The notes beneath the pieces were generated by a model. That model worked only from the letters and a program-made list of their open reading frames with translations, was not told the origin of the DNA and searched no databases. This document shows, piece by piece, positions 23,592 through 36,232 of a stretch of DNA of 64,000 nucleotides. Both the position numbers and the translations under genes were made by a program. Each line of letters begins with the position of its first letter. Within the stretch, counting starts at the first letter, position 1. Source of the DNA: Orbicella franksi (Eukaryota). The stretch spans positions 31,310,001 through 31,374,000 of the forward strand of contig OZ116701.1 of assembly GCA_964199315.1 (NCBI GenBank), given 5' to 3'.

Positions 23592-26500
23592 TCACACATA
23601 CAATCCGAACACGTCAGTGCATGTTTGCCCCTCATTATCCCCCGCAAAGCAGTCATACAAATCTTCGGTGTACCATACTTGCAACTCCTGACCGACACTC
23701 ACGGCCAAAGGAACAGAAAAATTATGAAAGCCCAACTCTGGTGACTCCGAGGTAAATCCAGGTACCCCGTACACGGTAGCAGCATGGCACCCAGAACCTC
23801 CACGAAACGAAGCCTTATCTGTTGGCAAAATCCTCTGCTGTAGGGAGTCAGTGATAAATACTGCCAGGTTGTTTGGGGACGCGAGGAACGAGCAGCCCCA
23901 TTTCGATCGATACTGCGGATCGCTTACTCGGCAGTTTACATACCCAGAGAGGTAGACCAGTTTGAAGGTGATCACGTGACCAGTTTCTGGAATCGTAAAA
24001 TTTCCGTATGAACTGCCGTGGGAGCCAAAACAAACGGGTGATGTGTTCAGTTTTATCCAGTTCACTGAAAGAAAACACAACGAGCAAACTAAGAATGTTT
24101 CCAAGAACCTCTAGATGATAATGATTGCTTTGACCAGATATAGTAAATCTTAGAAACACATAATTAGTTAAAGCTTTCATTTTTCACATTTTTGAAATAC
24201 AGCTGAATGTGTAGATATGTCAATTTTCAGAATGAAGAAATGAAGTTACAACACTAATTGAAGCCCCCTCGAAACAAGTTGTAAAGTAAATTTCGCGTAA
24301 ATTAACCACGCGAAATTTAATACAATGTTTTATTATATGGCTGTGTCTCACAAGGACTGGGAACTACCGAATTCACAAATTTGATTGGCTGAAATCGATA
24401 TTGACCGCGGTCTAGATTTTTCCATCTAGACCGGCATCTAGAACGATTTCATTTTGCGTTGAAAAAGTAGCAAACTAAAATACAAAAATGTTCACCAGTT
24501 TCTTTTATTTTCTTCTTAATCATTTATGAAAGTGCCAAAAAGCCTGATGACAAAAAACATTAAAGAGGACGAGCAAATTTTGGCTGGTTTAAGTTAAGCT
24601 CATCGCCGTTCGCAAGCAAAATGCCAGCAAACCAGTTACATTAAACGAATGAAAGTTTTCTTCTTTGCCATATAATAAACATCTTATTAACCAAGCTAAG
24701 TCGGTCTGTATGGGAGAATCTTGACCTCGGTCGTGTGTACAGACCTCACTGCGTTCGGTCTGTACTCACAACCTCGGTCAAGATTCTCCCATACAGACCT
24801 CCTGCTCGGTTAATAAGAGTTAAGTAATGTTCTTTAATCAACGTGCTACGTTGCCAAGAGGGGAGAAAGTCAGTTCTTACTCCAAGGATCCATTTGAAGG
24901 ATTGGCAATGTCTTTCAGCTGTAAGCGCAAATAGAGGTTGTCATGTAATCTGTATAGTTCTGCTTTGTTACAAAGGAACATGTCAAACTTTTTTTCACTT
25001 ACGTTTTGTTATATTGTTTAGTTCAGAGGGATTCGGAACTATTGCTATGGAAAATTAAAATCAGTTGGCTAATATTGAGGCGAACTGTTTGTTAATCAAG
25101 ATCAGTATTTTGCCATTTTCGCGGAATTTAGTTTCTGGTAAGGTTTTTTTGGGGGGGAGGAGGGGGGGGGGGCAAATAGCGAAATTTAAATTCTGCGGAA
25201 GATGCCCGAAACATTTTTGCGAAATCAAGTTCCCGCGAAAATATGTAACAATAAGGTAGTCGATCCCCATGCTCACGACGTTAATTGAATTATCTCACGA
25301 GACGATATTGTTGTCTTCTCAAGATAATCCCTCTTTAGTCAATTTTAGATCATTCCAGGCTAGAGAAATCCTACTAGGGTCTGGAAACAAGCGATCCTGT
25401 GACACGAGTTCTACTCGCGTGACTCGCGTGGACTGCCCAGCTTTTCACGCATCGTCCACGAAACGTCCACGAGTAAACTGAACATTACATCTAAAATATC
25501 TTGAGAAAGATTACGTTGGTATGGGGATCAACTCTCTAACCCTTATCTTCTTCTGATTAGCCCAATCCTCAACTGAAGATGGAACATGATACGTATGGAG
25601 CATGTTGAATTTAAGAGGTTATCTAGTTACCTATATCGCAATTCGTTCCCGTGTAACCAGGCTCACAAGTACAATTGTACTGGTTTAACAGGTTATTACA
25701 GGTTCCGTGGACACACGGTTGACTGGCACATTCGTCAATATCTAAAAGTGAAAGAAATAAGGTTTAAGGTGGCTCACAACAGATTACGACACTTGTGCTT
25801 TGACCAAGAGAAACTGATTGACGTCATTGATGGTAAAACAACGATGGTTTCCTTGACATCGCAGGTTACCATAGCGATGGTATAACCTTTCAAAAACTCT
25901 TAATTAAATGTTTGCCTGTTTTTTTTTAACTCACAAATGAGCCCTGTAATCACCATATCATGGTCAACTCGTTAACATATATCTTTCTTCAAAGTTTTAA
26001 AGAAACTCTGGAATAGTAGTTCACAGGCAGCTCAGAATCGAAAATTGTTAAACAACAACCTTTGGAACGGAGTTTAACCTTTTGCTAATAAAATGAAATC
26101 TTAATTTGGTGATTGACAATTTCACTTGTTTGGCAAAATTATATCGCATTGTTCATATTCATTCAGTTCTGCTGTGCTGAGTTACACTGTCCTGGTTCAA
26201 GAGAGAATGAAGAGCAACAGGTTTAATCCACCAAATAGGCCTTATTACCAAGGTAATCCATCTTAAGCTAAATTTAGATCACTTCCGGCTTCAGGCATCC
26301 CAGGAGAGTCTAGAATAAGCCAATCATGTGACGCAACGTATGATCACGTGGATAGGCCAAGCGACTTTAGACGCATTTTCATCGTCCTCAAGAACAGCCA
26401 CGCAACGAGCGTGGTAATACTAACCGCTGGAGAACTAGGCATCATGTCTAAAGATAACTCAAAAGGGATTACCCTGAAAACAAGATTTATATAAGGGATC

Positions 26501-27939
26501 AATTTTGTTTCCCTTGATCCTCTAGCCTCTCTTGGCTGGATAGGTTATAATTAATTTTGTTTAAGCGTCAAGGCCTGGTCAAACGGACCCGCAAGTAATC
26601 GCAAGCAGCCGCAAGTTGAACTTGTGTAGAGAGTTGCGTTGGGTGGCTAAACGGATTCGCAAGTTTCCTCGCAAGTACCAGCAAGTCGCAATAAAACCCA
26701 TTTCAAGGCAGACATATCAAGTATTTCATTGGCTAATAATAGGTTAATGGAAGCCTCAACTTGCGTTGACTTGGGTTGGGTGGCCAAACGGTGAAAAACT
26801 TGCGTCGACTTGCGTGCAAATTTGATCTCGACCAAAGTGAGCGCAAGTCATCGCAAGTCAACGCAAGTGCACGCAAGGCCTGGCCAAACGGAGTCGCAAG
26901 TAGACGCAAGTTCTCAACTTGCGTCTACCTGCGAGTCCGTTTGGCCAGGGCTTCACATTTCATCCAACCTGTCTCACACCGAAATCCAATATAGCCTGGT
27001 ACACATGCGCACTGCATCCTTTTTCCTTTGACGTTACAAGCCTCGCTGCATGTTCCCCCATTGAGACAAGGCTGAGAGTGACAGCAGCCGTTGTAACATG
27101 TTGTTAGCTGGCCTCCCTTCTGTTTAATTTAATGAGAAAATGTAGATCGTTGTATTGAGGCGAGCTAAATTGTCAGCTTTCTGTCTCCCATCTCATTATG
27201 TAGCCAAGAATCGGTTTACTCACACTAACTTTTCTGTTTTCGAAAGGAAACGTTTTCCAACAAGAACTTTTAATTAGTAATAAGCAATACTATTGCATGG
27301 TCTACCGGCTACTTTAGAATAAGATCATACTTTCATAACCGTCTGTAATCTAACACGATATATTTTTCTTGTCGATTTTCTCTTGAAGTGTTAGTGCATA
27401 ACTCTCCCAAATTTGGAGCCACAGGATGTCCCCCCACACACCTAAGGATCCTCTCGAACTGCAAATGCATGCAACAAAGTAAATAAAATATAAGTCATTC
27501 TGTAGTCATTTTCCGTGTGCATCTGATGTTACTTCCCAAACACCTCCTAATAGGAGATTTTCGTTTTACTTACCACCACGTTGTAATCGATTACTAGATC
27601 ATAGTATTGACCTCTTTCTCGAGGTTCCAAGGCACTGGGTTTCAGATATTTGTTCTCTTCGTTCAGCTCACAGTTGTCCTGGCTGCCGGTTGTTAAGTAG
27701 TTAAATGAGATGCACCGACAGTTAGCCTGGCATTTTCTAAAACACTCTACCGGCATTGAAACTGTTAATGTCTTAAAAACGTAGCCAGAGAGCCTGTGAT
27801 TGTCAACCATGTTTCTTCCTGTTGCGAAGTAAAATCCACCAGGGAGATAGCGGTTATCGTGGCAAGGTGGCTCCGAGTACGACACATGGAAAAGAAGAAG
27901 GAGAGTTATTTTGTACCAGTGCAAAAATGGCGGGTCCAT
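23592..27939 (-). CDS. PAN/Apple-EGF-cbEGF-unnamed C-terminal domain secreted protein, copy B2 (intact); exons 27939-27574, 27119-26969, 25741-25631, 24064-23592
   Basis: Same exon sizes as B1 (366/151/111/473 nt), GT-AG, open throughout (366 aa). Confidence 0.9.
24330..24823. mobile_element. Non-autonomous insertion with a long one-sided terminal hairpin and no evident TSD
   Basis: Absent in B1 (ccgtt^gtaagc near 4320). Perfect 24-bp stem ggtctgtatgggagaatcttgacc / ggtcaagattctcccatacagacc near the right end. Confidence 0.8.
26571..26952. mobile_element. PIF/Harbinger-type MITE, 3-bp TSD TCA
   Basis: TIR aggcctggtcaaacggac / gtccgtttggccagggct; tca at 26568-70 and 26953-55; empty site in B1 at ~5935. 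Confidence 0.85.
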
Positions 27940-28635
27940 GTCGTGATACGCTTGACTGTAGTGTGAAGTAAAAACTTCAATGAGTAAATTTCGAGTAAGA
28001 CATAGGCTGAGTGTAAAAATATTAACGAAGTTCATATTAAAGCAAGGTATTACAAAGTAAACAAATAAATTTGCAATATTTAGAGAGGAAGCCACATCGG
28101 CCCTACTTAGTTTTCACGCAGGTCCTCTATCCTGGTCGAATTAGAATTTGGAGAAGTTGGTTTGTGAGAACGGAGGAAAACCGGAGAACCCGGAGAAAAA
28201 CCCTCGGAGCAAGGCGAAAACCAACAACAAACTTAACCCGCATATGGCACCGGGCAGGAATCGAACCAGGGTCACATTGGTGGGAGGCGAGCGCTCTCAC
28301 CACCGCGCAGTCCCTGCTACCCAACTCAGTTGGTATTTCGCCGATGGTATTGACCGAGCGAAAGAGTGCAACTACTGAAAGCTGTTGTTTTCTGCCTTAG
28401 TTTTCTCTTCACTAGCAATGAAGCGGAGTCGCAATTGGCTGCTTAGCCTGTAAGGTCTTTACCGGAGCTGTCAAGACAAAGTCCGCAGTTGTGGTCATGT
28501 GACAAGTTTTTCTTTATTTACTTATTAATGGGAATTGAAACCTTTTTTTTTACAAAGGTTGTCTTTCAAGCACTCTAATCCGTATAAATATTCTCTAAAC
28601 TCTTGGTCTTCGGCCATCGTAGCTTGATTAAAAAT

Positions 28636-29438
28636 ATAACACAAACAGCGGTTATAAACATTTTAAAAACATGCATTTTATGAACTTGATGTTTCGTATG
28701 CTAGTCAACATACATTTTCAAAAGTATGACCGTTAAAATTTTTGGAAAAGCTATTTATACTGTATAAATGGGGGTCTGGAACCAAGACAGAAAACATATC
28801 TGCAGTAGAAATTTAAGACGTTTCAAACAGAAACTGTCTGTAAAGTGATACATTGGAAAAGCTTTCCTAATAAAGTAAAAGCTTTTCACTGTTGACGTTG
28901 ACATTCAATGCTGCCTCTAACTTCTGAATAAACAAGGTCTCCTTAACCTTACAATGGTAGTCAGGTTTTCCGGACGCCAAAATGTCAAAATGGTCCCATT
29001 TGCTGTTGCGACCAGTTGTTTTAACGTGATCAGCACAGTAGCAGAAGAGTGATCACGTTTCGAAAGGGCCTTCAAATGTTCCGTTTTCCGGTCGTGAAGT
29101 CTTCGTTTCGCTTTCCCAATGTAAAAATCATTGCAGTCCCAGCAACTAGCTTTATCAATGACTTTGGATAATTGTAATCGGTTGAGACAGTCCTTATATG
29201 GGAAGAAGCATTTGACAGTTTCCGACAGAAAAAAAAAGACAGTTTCTGTTTGAAACGTCTTAAATTTCTACTGCAGATGTTTTCTGTCTAAGTTCCAGAC
29301 CCCCAGTTATACAGTATAAATAGCTTTTCAAAAACTTTTAACTGTTATACTTTTGAAAATGCATGTTGACTAGCATACGGAACGTCAAGTTCATAAAATG
29401 CATGTTTTTAAAATGTTTATCACAGCTGTTTGTGTTAT
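28636..29438 (-). mobile_element. Penelope-like remnant flanked by ~200-bp inverted repeats
   Basis: Arms ~28636-28839 and ~29237-29438 are reverse complements, bracketing the degenerate GIY-YIG segment homologous to 7790-8140. Confidence 0.8.
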
Positions 29439-31667
29439 TATGTAATATTCTCTAAGTTTTTTAATTATTTAAAGAGAGAACGAAGAAAGCAACAAAAATA
29501 ATTGAAAAAAAGCTGAGCAGTTTTCAATTATTTTTTGAAAATATATTTGAAAATATATTTGTTTCGCCATGACTTGCAGGTTTAGAAATTAAGAATAAAA
29601 TATTAAACGCATTTACTCAAATACAATCGTCAGAAATATTGCTTGAAAAATAAATTAAATCTGTAAATTTAATTAAACTTCTGCTTTCGACGTGTGTGTG
29701 AATAGCGAAGAAGATCGATTATCAGTTAGTCAAGGCAATTTCTGTAGGGAGTCATTTACCTAAAGTAATAATGTTGACGAGCTGGCTTGTGAGAAATTGT
29801 GAGAATTTTTTCACTTTCAACTCTCGCCATGAACCCCAGGAGGTTATTGGCTGGTTGAAACTTTTAACATGCAAGGTTTAAATTCAAAAAATGGAGAAAT
29901 ATCTATGGCGTGGCAAATAAAAAATGATGATGATAACTAATTTGAGCATTTCAGAGAATAGTCCACTTTTTCCGAGACAACACTGTCAGCGATAAATTGG
30001 CAAACGTTATGACGTTTTGCAAACAGTTTTATTAATTTTTAAAATTGTTTCTTTTGACTTAGTCCTCAGGTGAGACTCAAGTTTGTTTTTATAGCCAGAG
30101 ATTTTCGGGTACAAAAAAAATCGCAGTGGATACGAACTGAGTTCTGTGCTCGAAATAAGATGAAAAGTCCTACTAGAAGCAGACCAATATTTAGCTACCT
30201 CTTATGATCAGCCATTAATAAAGCACTTTGATTGAGCTTGCCTCTCACGTCGAATACAATTGATAGAAAATTGCTTCTGAAAATTCGTAGGAATCCAGAT
30301 TTTCCTTACCTTAATCCCGCTTTCGTGGCCTTGGGATCGCAGTACTAAGAAATTTGCTGAAAACCACTCCAGATTATTACTTGTGCTCTGATTTCATAGC
30401 TTGTAGCATTTCTTCAATTTATGAAACCAACCCGCAGGCTAAACGTAAGTCATTTAATTGTCATTCAAATTTTTTAATTAAATATGTTCCTACTGAAGCT
30501 GCTTGAATTAAGCGACGTCAAAATCACCTGTATATATTGAAGGCAAACAAACACTACTCCTGCGGTTGCAAATTATCCAAATAATGACAAATCTATTTTC
30601 AACCTCTCCACCAGAGCTTTTCCCTTGAGATTTGAAGGAGGTGGGAAGAGAAAACCTTCAAGGAGTTCACGTTTCCATACAGGAGATTTTTAAACATAGA
30701 TTTTAAAACTTAACATTTTAAAACTTATTATAGTCGATTCAAACTAATGAATTTTTGTATTTTTGCGGAAGATTCCAATAGGGGATTTAAAAGCGTTTGA
30801 ATAAATCACTTCTCACGAAATATTTATGGAGATCACGTGACCTGCTGAATTTTTTTTTTTCCGGCCCCCTCCACATTGCGATCCTGGGAACGAGACTGCC
30901 CTATTTAAAGTGGTGGGGAGGGGGTCTAAATCAAGTAGAACGGAAAATGAAATTGGCTTTTCACAGTTCACGGAAAATAAAATAGGCATTTTACGAACTC
31001 ACCTAACTAACTTTCAAACCTTATGTCCAGGCACATAAGAACTTTACGTTTCGTATGCCAGTCACTCCCCGCATATATTTTAAAAAGTGACCAATAAAAA
31101 CTTTCGAAAAAACTATTTATATCGTGAACATTAGACGTCTGGAACCTAGACTGAGAAAAAATGATCTGCAGCAGTACGTTAACCTGTCTAGACATCATGA
31201 GGAGTAACATCTAATAAAGCAACATGTACAACTTCTCACTGCTGACGTTGACATTTATTGAGGGCTTTAGCTCTTGAATGAACAGAATCTACTTAGTTCT
31301 GCAATGAAAGCCTAACAACAAGAGTTTATAACATCGAAGAAAGTTAGGAGCTCGCAGGCTACTTTGGGAAAATCATAACTGACACAGTGAGCCATTGCCG
31401 AGAAACTGCGGGCTATAAACTTCAGTTAAAGGTGCTATGTCACGACCCGCGCATGTGCGAGATTTAATTGGCTCCGTTCCCATTGAGAGACAAATGCATC
31501 CACCATCTTGAATTTTTTGGGGGGAGTTATGAAATTTGTGGGAATTTCGCCCTTCTTGGTTAAAATTATTACGTCTATTTGCCGCGTGTGTGGATTTCTT
31601 TTCATCTATCTACTTGTTTTATCGTAGAGGCAAAAGTATGGATGCAAAAAAAGGCAAGAGAGACTAC

Positions 31668-31924
31668 AGCCTGCAGTACAGTGCAGGCGTTATTTTGGCA
31701 CAGAACGCTCGATGGACCAGGCTTTCGATGCTGCCGTTTTGACCGGTAAAGGGTTGGGGCACAGTGCATGGTGAGGGGCAGGGGGGCAGTGCACCTCACG
31801 CCTACTTTACTCTCTCGGCAAGCCTACTCCCTCGCCCCAACCCTCCACAGTGACCAAATCCAAGATGGCGGCCTAATACGAAAATGTGCACTCACACACC
31901 AGTAATGCGCCTGCACTGCAGGCT
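31668..31924. mobile_element. AGCCTGCAG...CTGCAGGCT hairpin element with an 11-bp flanking direct repeat
   Basis: agagagactac at 31657-31667 and 31925-31935. Confidence 0.75.
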
Positions 31925-31974
31925 AGAGAGACTACAGTGGTGAGTTTGATTGACAATTCTGTAAATTGATGGAT

Positions 31975-34900
31975 TTACACGAACAACCCATACACGTGAA
32001 CACACGTTTCTTCCGGAGCGTTGTCCGCGTCATCGCAGTTATGGAAATCCTCTCCAAACCAAACCGCAAACTGCTGCCCGGCTGTCACAGGCAAAGGAGT
32101 GGTGAAATTATCAAATAACAGTTCAGGCGAGTCCGGAGAATACCCTGGTAGGCTATAGTATAATTGTATGTTGCAGGATAATCCTCCAAAGAGCTCAGCG
32201 TTGTTGGGAAGAAGGCGGGCTTTGTTGGAATCTGCTATGAAGGTTCCCATTTTGTCAGGCCCGCCTCGGCTTTTGCATCCCCAGTTGCTACTGGATACGC
32301 CGGCGTGGCAGCTCACCGTGCCATTCAGATGAACCAGTTTAAACGTGATGACGTCACCGGGTGACGGGGTTGTGAACATTCCAGGCTTGTTCCCAAGGGA
32401 TCCAAAGCAAATTGGTGAATTTTCTGGGTGTGGCTTCATCTTAATCCAGTTGACTGAAAACAAAAATTAACATAGATTATATAAGTTTTGATTGATGGAC
32501 AATAATGACGCATAGTGATAGTAGGATTAGAGCTCTGTTGGTCAGGTGCAGCGTGTGCTGAGGCGAAACAGTCCAATTTCTGATTTACAGGTACGACTAC
32601 AGTTGTGGTAGACGAACTATGCCTCATGTAGGGTGTTAGAGAACTTGCAACTGGCCTTCGTCTTCGCTTTTTAATAAAAAGGACCCTTTTCTACCGACAG
32701 ATGTAAGATCTGATGTCTATTTATCTGAATGGTTTACCTTTTTCGCAGTGTTCTCCGGTGAATCCCTCTTCGCATTTACAGAAATAATCATCATTGGAAT
32801 AAGACGGGATACACTTGGCACCATTTTGGCACGGAGAGCTCATGCAGGGTGACTGTAAAAGAGAAAGTGAAAACATTACAAAAATATCATTCTTAATTTA
32901 TCCCACATGCCAATCGTATGTGGATAGTTATTATATGTAAATTCTGGGACACAGTGAACTGTCCGTTATATAGAGCTGTCCGTCTTTCAAAGATTTTCAA
33001 CAGGACAAGTTCAACTGCAACGATTTATCTCCCGCTGTGTCACGGTTACTCGCCAGCGTTCAGTTTTTGCAATCATCATTGTATTCATTTGTATTGTATC
33101 TTTTGAAAAGTCCAAATGTAACTGTCTCGCCTAAAAATAGCTTTTAAACTTTAGTGTACGTCAATAAAAACAAAGCTTGAAATATGTTTACCCTTTTGTT
33201 TTCTTTTAAATAACTTATTCTCTTTGGAATCTGTTAGTGTGGTAAATGTAAAGTACTTTCAGATAGATTTAAACAGTGCGAGCCAGAGTTCATGGAAAGT
33301 TGCTGAAAAGGTTTTAGTCACGAAAAATACCCAGATCATCTTTTCAGCCCTAAGCAAAAACCTCCGTTTAGCTTCTTTCAATGGCCATACACTCTTTTTT
33401 TTAATAAGAATATTCATTTTTCCCGCTGAGGCTGAATATTCTTATTTTCCTGCCGATTTCAGGCTGAAAATATTCATGTGAATATTCTTATACGGATTAT
33501 TTGTAATCATATAATTGTATTGTATCAGGAGCCATGATTGTATTTGCAAGTTTTCAATACACAAAATTATATGCTTTTCAAAATTATATGCTTTTTTAAA
33601 ATCATATGCTTTTCAAAATCTCAGCCTCGGATTTATTCTTAAAATATTCTTCTCAAACTCATTAATTATTCATGAGCTGATGACCCAATCAGCTCGCATC
33701 AATTGGGTCAGGTGCATGTATGTTGATACCCAATGAACATACCGATCAAGACACGGTAGATTAGTTCAAAAACTGATCAAGACACTGATCAAGAAACTTG
33801 AATTTTAATCAGTCTTAATTATAATTCTAAATACAGCATTTTTCCCGCTTAAATCATTGCTTACAACAACAATACAGCAACATATTATTCCTTCTTAGAC
33901 ATCGTTACATTAATTGTACAGTTTTTGAATTTTCCTTTCTGTAAAACAACATCCGTTAAAGATTGATCCTGTTTCTCTGTGGTAAAACATGTAGTTGTAC
34001 TAACAACACTTGGACCTAGGATCTTTGAAACTTTAGACACATTTTCTTCTGTAGGCTTTTCGTACTGCAACAATGCATTAGAACGATGCCCCGACCTTTC
34101 GCGAATCAATTTTTCTTCAACCCCAGAATTGAACAGGGAGGAAACACAAGTAACGCGCAAACTGTGAGCGGTTTTGCGTTTAAAGCCTGCCGCGTCGCAG
34201 ATGTCAGGCAAAATCTTGTTCAAGCTGTTGATGCCTACGGGCACTTTATCGAATGCGAACCTAGTTTTTGATGGCTTAAAGTAAAATGCAGTAACTTCCT
34301 TTGCATGAGTCTCAACTAACCCTACATACAATCTGAATATCTCAACAAGGCACGGCTCGTGCTTTTCCTCAATAGAATGACAAACGTGCTTGACCACTCG
34401 CGGCACATACTTTAGATCACAAAGACCTCCATGATAAGTTTTAGAGGCATTTTCTTCAAACTTAATAAAATTTGGACCAATTTCAAAGTTGTTTACAACA
34501 ATATTTCTGTGATCTCCCCCCCGCAACCCAAAAACTTTTCCGTTGTAGAAATAGATCGTGTTCAATAACGACTTAGCTGATGTAGTTCCCAGCAATTTCT
34601 TTTGCCAGAATACTGCTTCTTCTTGCTCGCTCACAAACTCCTTTTCCTCTTTCTTACACTCAATGTGAAGCCCTTCTCGAACGTCATTCTTCATCTCGGC
34701 ATCTAAGCAACGTCGGAAAAGGACAAACCTTCAAAAAATAACACACAAAATTAAAGTCCTGAAACAGTGCATTTTAAATTACTAACCAATTCGGTCTAAA
34801 AGTTGTCAAGTACCTTTTGTCACTAGCGTCCAGAGGATTCAAAGCTTCTGATCCATTTTTCTCCTCCAAATAACGCTTGAGGGCACAAATGATACCATAA

Positions 34901-36232
34901 ACAGACTTCGGAGGGTATCTTTCACCGGACTTTTTAGCTACCTCCATCACAAATTTTGACAACCAATAGTTCAGCGACAGAGCGTCCATTCCAGCAATAT
35001 CTACACTCACAGCGGTAACATTGTGTAAATCGTAGTCCTTGAAGAGACCGCCACAATCTAATACCGGAACTTTAACCTCTCTCAACCTCTGCCATTCGGC
35101 AAAAATGTTCACAGCCCACTTGTTTTTATACTTAGTTGAAACTGGAACAGCATCATTCACCAAAACATTTTCTTGAGAAGAGGTTTTTGGAACTCGAAAA
35201 CGTTCTGATCTCCACTCGATCTCCATCACGCGGCATAATGTTAATTTATTAAAAATTCAACCTTTAAAACTTGCCCACATGGCCGCATATAAAAGATTCA
35301 TTTCATTTACCATATGAATAAAAAACAGACAATAGCCTATTGAGCACGCCTACTAATTACCTATTCTTCGAAAAAAATTCTCATGCTACTTTGAGAAGCC
35401 AGCTCAAAAACTCGTGCTTCGTTTTTCATCAGGGGTTCCAAACACCTCGAAACAATAAAAGCACTCCGCCTTCGGCGTCGTGTTTTCATCTGTTTCTCGG
35501 TGTTTGGAACCCCTGATGAAAAACTCGCACTCGTTTTTGATCTATTACATAAAAAATCGCAAATTCCAGCCTCGATATTCTTTAAAACATTTTTGAAGAA
35601 AAGCGTGTACTTTTTCTTCACGTGTTTCTAATTCAAGGTTAATTTTTAAGACCGTAAGATCCGTGGGAGCTTTTTTAAATGAACAGATGTTCAAACCTGT
35701 AAACATTTGTAGGGGAAGTTGTTTTCCATGTTAAATTTTACAAAAACACACAAAAGTGTGTGAAAAATTGACCACAAATGTAAAGTTACGTCTACTGATG
35801 GTCTAGGCAGTTATTTTTTGTGCGTTTTGGCTATGTTTGTAAAGTTAAAACCGGTTACGTTCACGTTTTGCTCACCTTGATATAATAATGGTCAAAGTCG
35901 TTGCTGGCAACAAGCTCATTCGATCGTCTAAACTTGTCCATACTCAACAACTCACACGAATATTTTCCATCACTGGATGTTCGGCCAACGTTCGTCGAGA
36001 CACACTCCTCATGGTTAAGACATTCTAGTGTGCATTCTCCGAGTTTCGAGACCTTCAGATCTGCTAGGCTGGCGGTGTCGAGTTTGACAGAAGAAGCTTT
36101 TATGAACTTTGCGAAACTCACGCCTTGTTTTTCGCGTTTGAAATTTTGAGCACGCATTACGGAACAAAGATATAAAGACGGCATTAAAGATACATAGAGG
36201 CAAATTTTAAACTGTAAAGCCATCGTTTTCAT
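31975..36232 (-). CDS. Divergent PAN/Apple-EGF-unnamed C-terminal domain secreted protein, B3; exons 36232-35876, 32852-32738, 32453-31975
   Basis: Signal-like N-terminus; PAN ECTLECLNHEECVSTN; donor AAG|gtgagc; EGF SPCMSSPCQNGAKC...CEK; last exon NWIKM...PICFGS...WGC...WFGEDF...C, homologous to B1/B2; phases 0,1 consistent. Confidence 0.88.
33885..35226 (-). CDS. Crypton-type tyrosine recombinase (DUF3504/KCTD1-ZMYM-related YR), 418 aa; exons 35226-34814, 34728-33885
   Basis: An 85-bp GT-AG intron joins ...ASDK-R-FVLFRRCLDAEMK. Catalytic set present: GLRGGDH, SKTYHGG, AHSLR, SGHRS, LLQYE. No stops or frameshifts. Confidence 0.88.
35405..35545. repeat. Long imperfect hairpin upstream of the Crypton ORF
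   Basis: tttttcatcaggggttccaaacac pairs with gtgtttggaacccctgatgaaaaa; central gccttcggc mini-stem. Confidence 0.85.

Larger units (their letters stand above)
17482..30847. repeat. Segmental duplication copy 2 (with private insertions)
   Basis: Colinear with 2070-15526; extra insertions at 18639-23206, 24330-24823 and 26571-26952. Confidence 0.92.
33390..35607. mobile_element. TA-flanked MITE hosting the nested Crypton
   Basis: ta|cactcttttttt ... aaaagcgtg|ta imperfect termini; internal ataagaatattc / gaatattcttat inverted motif. Confidence 0.45.

Noticed and set aside
2070-30847. The older duplication as an uncollapsed haplotype artefact
   Set aside because: Tandem placement with a unique spacer, many substitutions and several private TSD-flanked insertions favour true paralogs, though long reads would be decisive.
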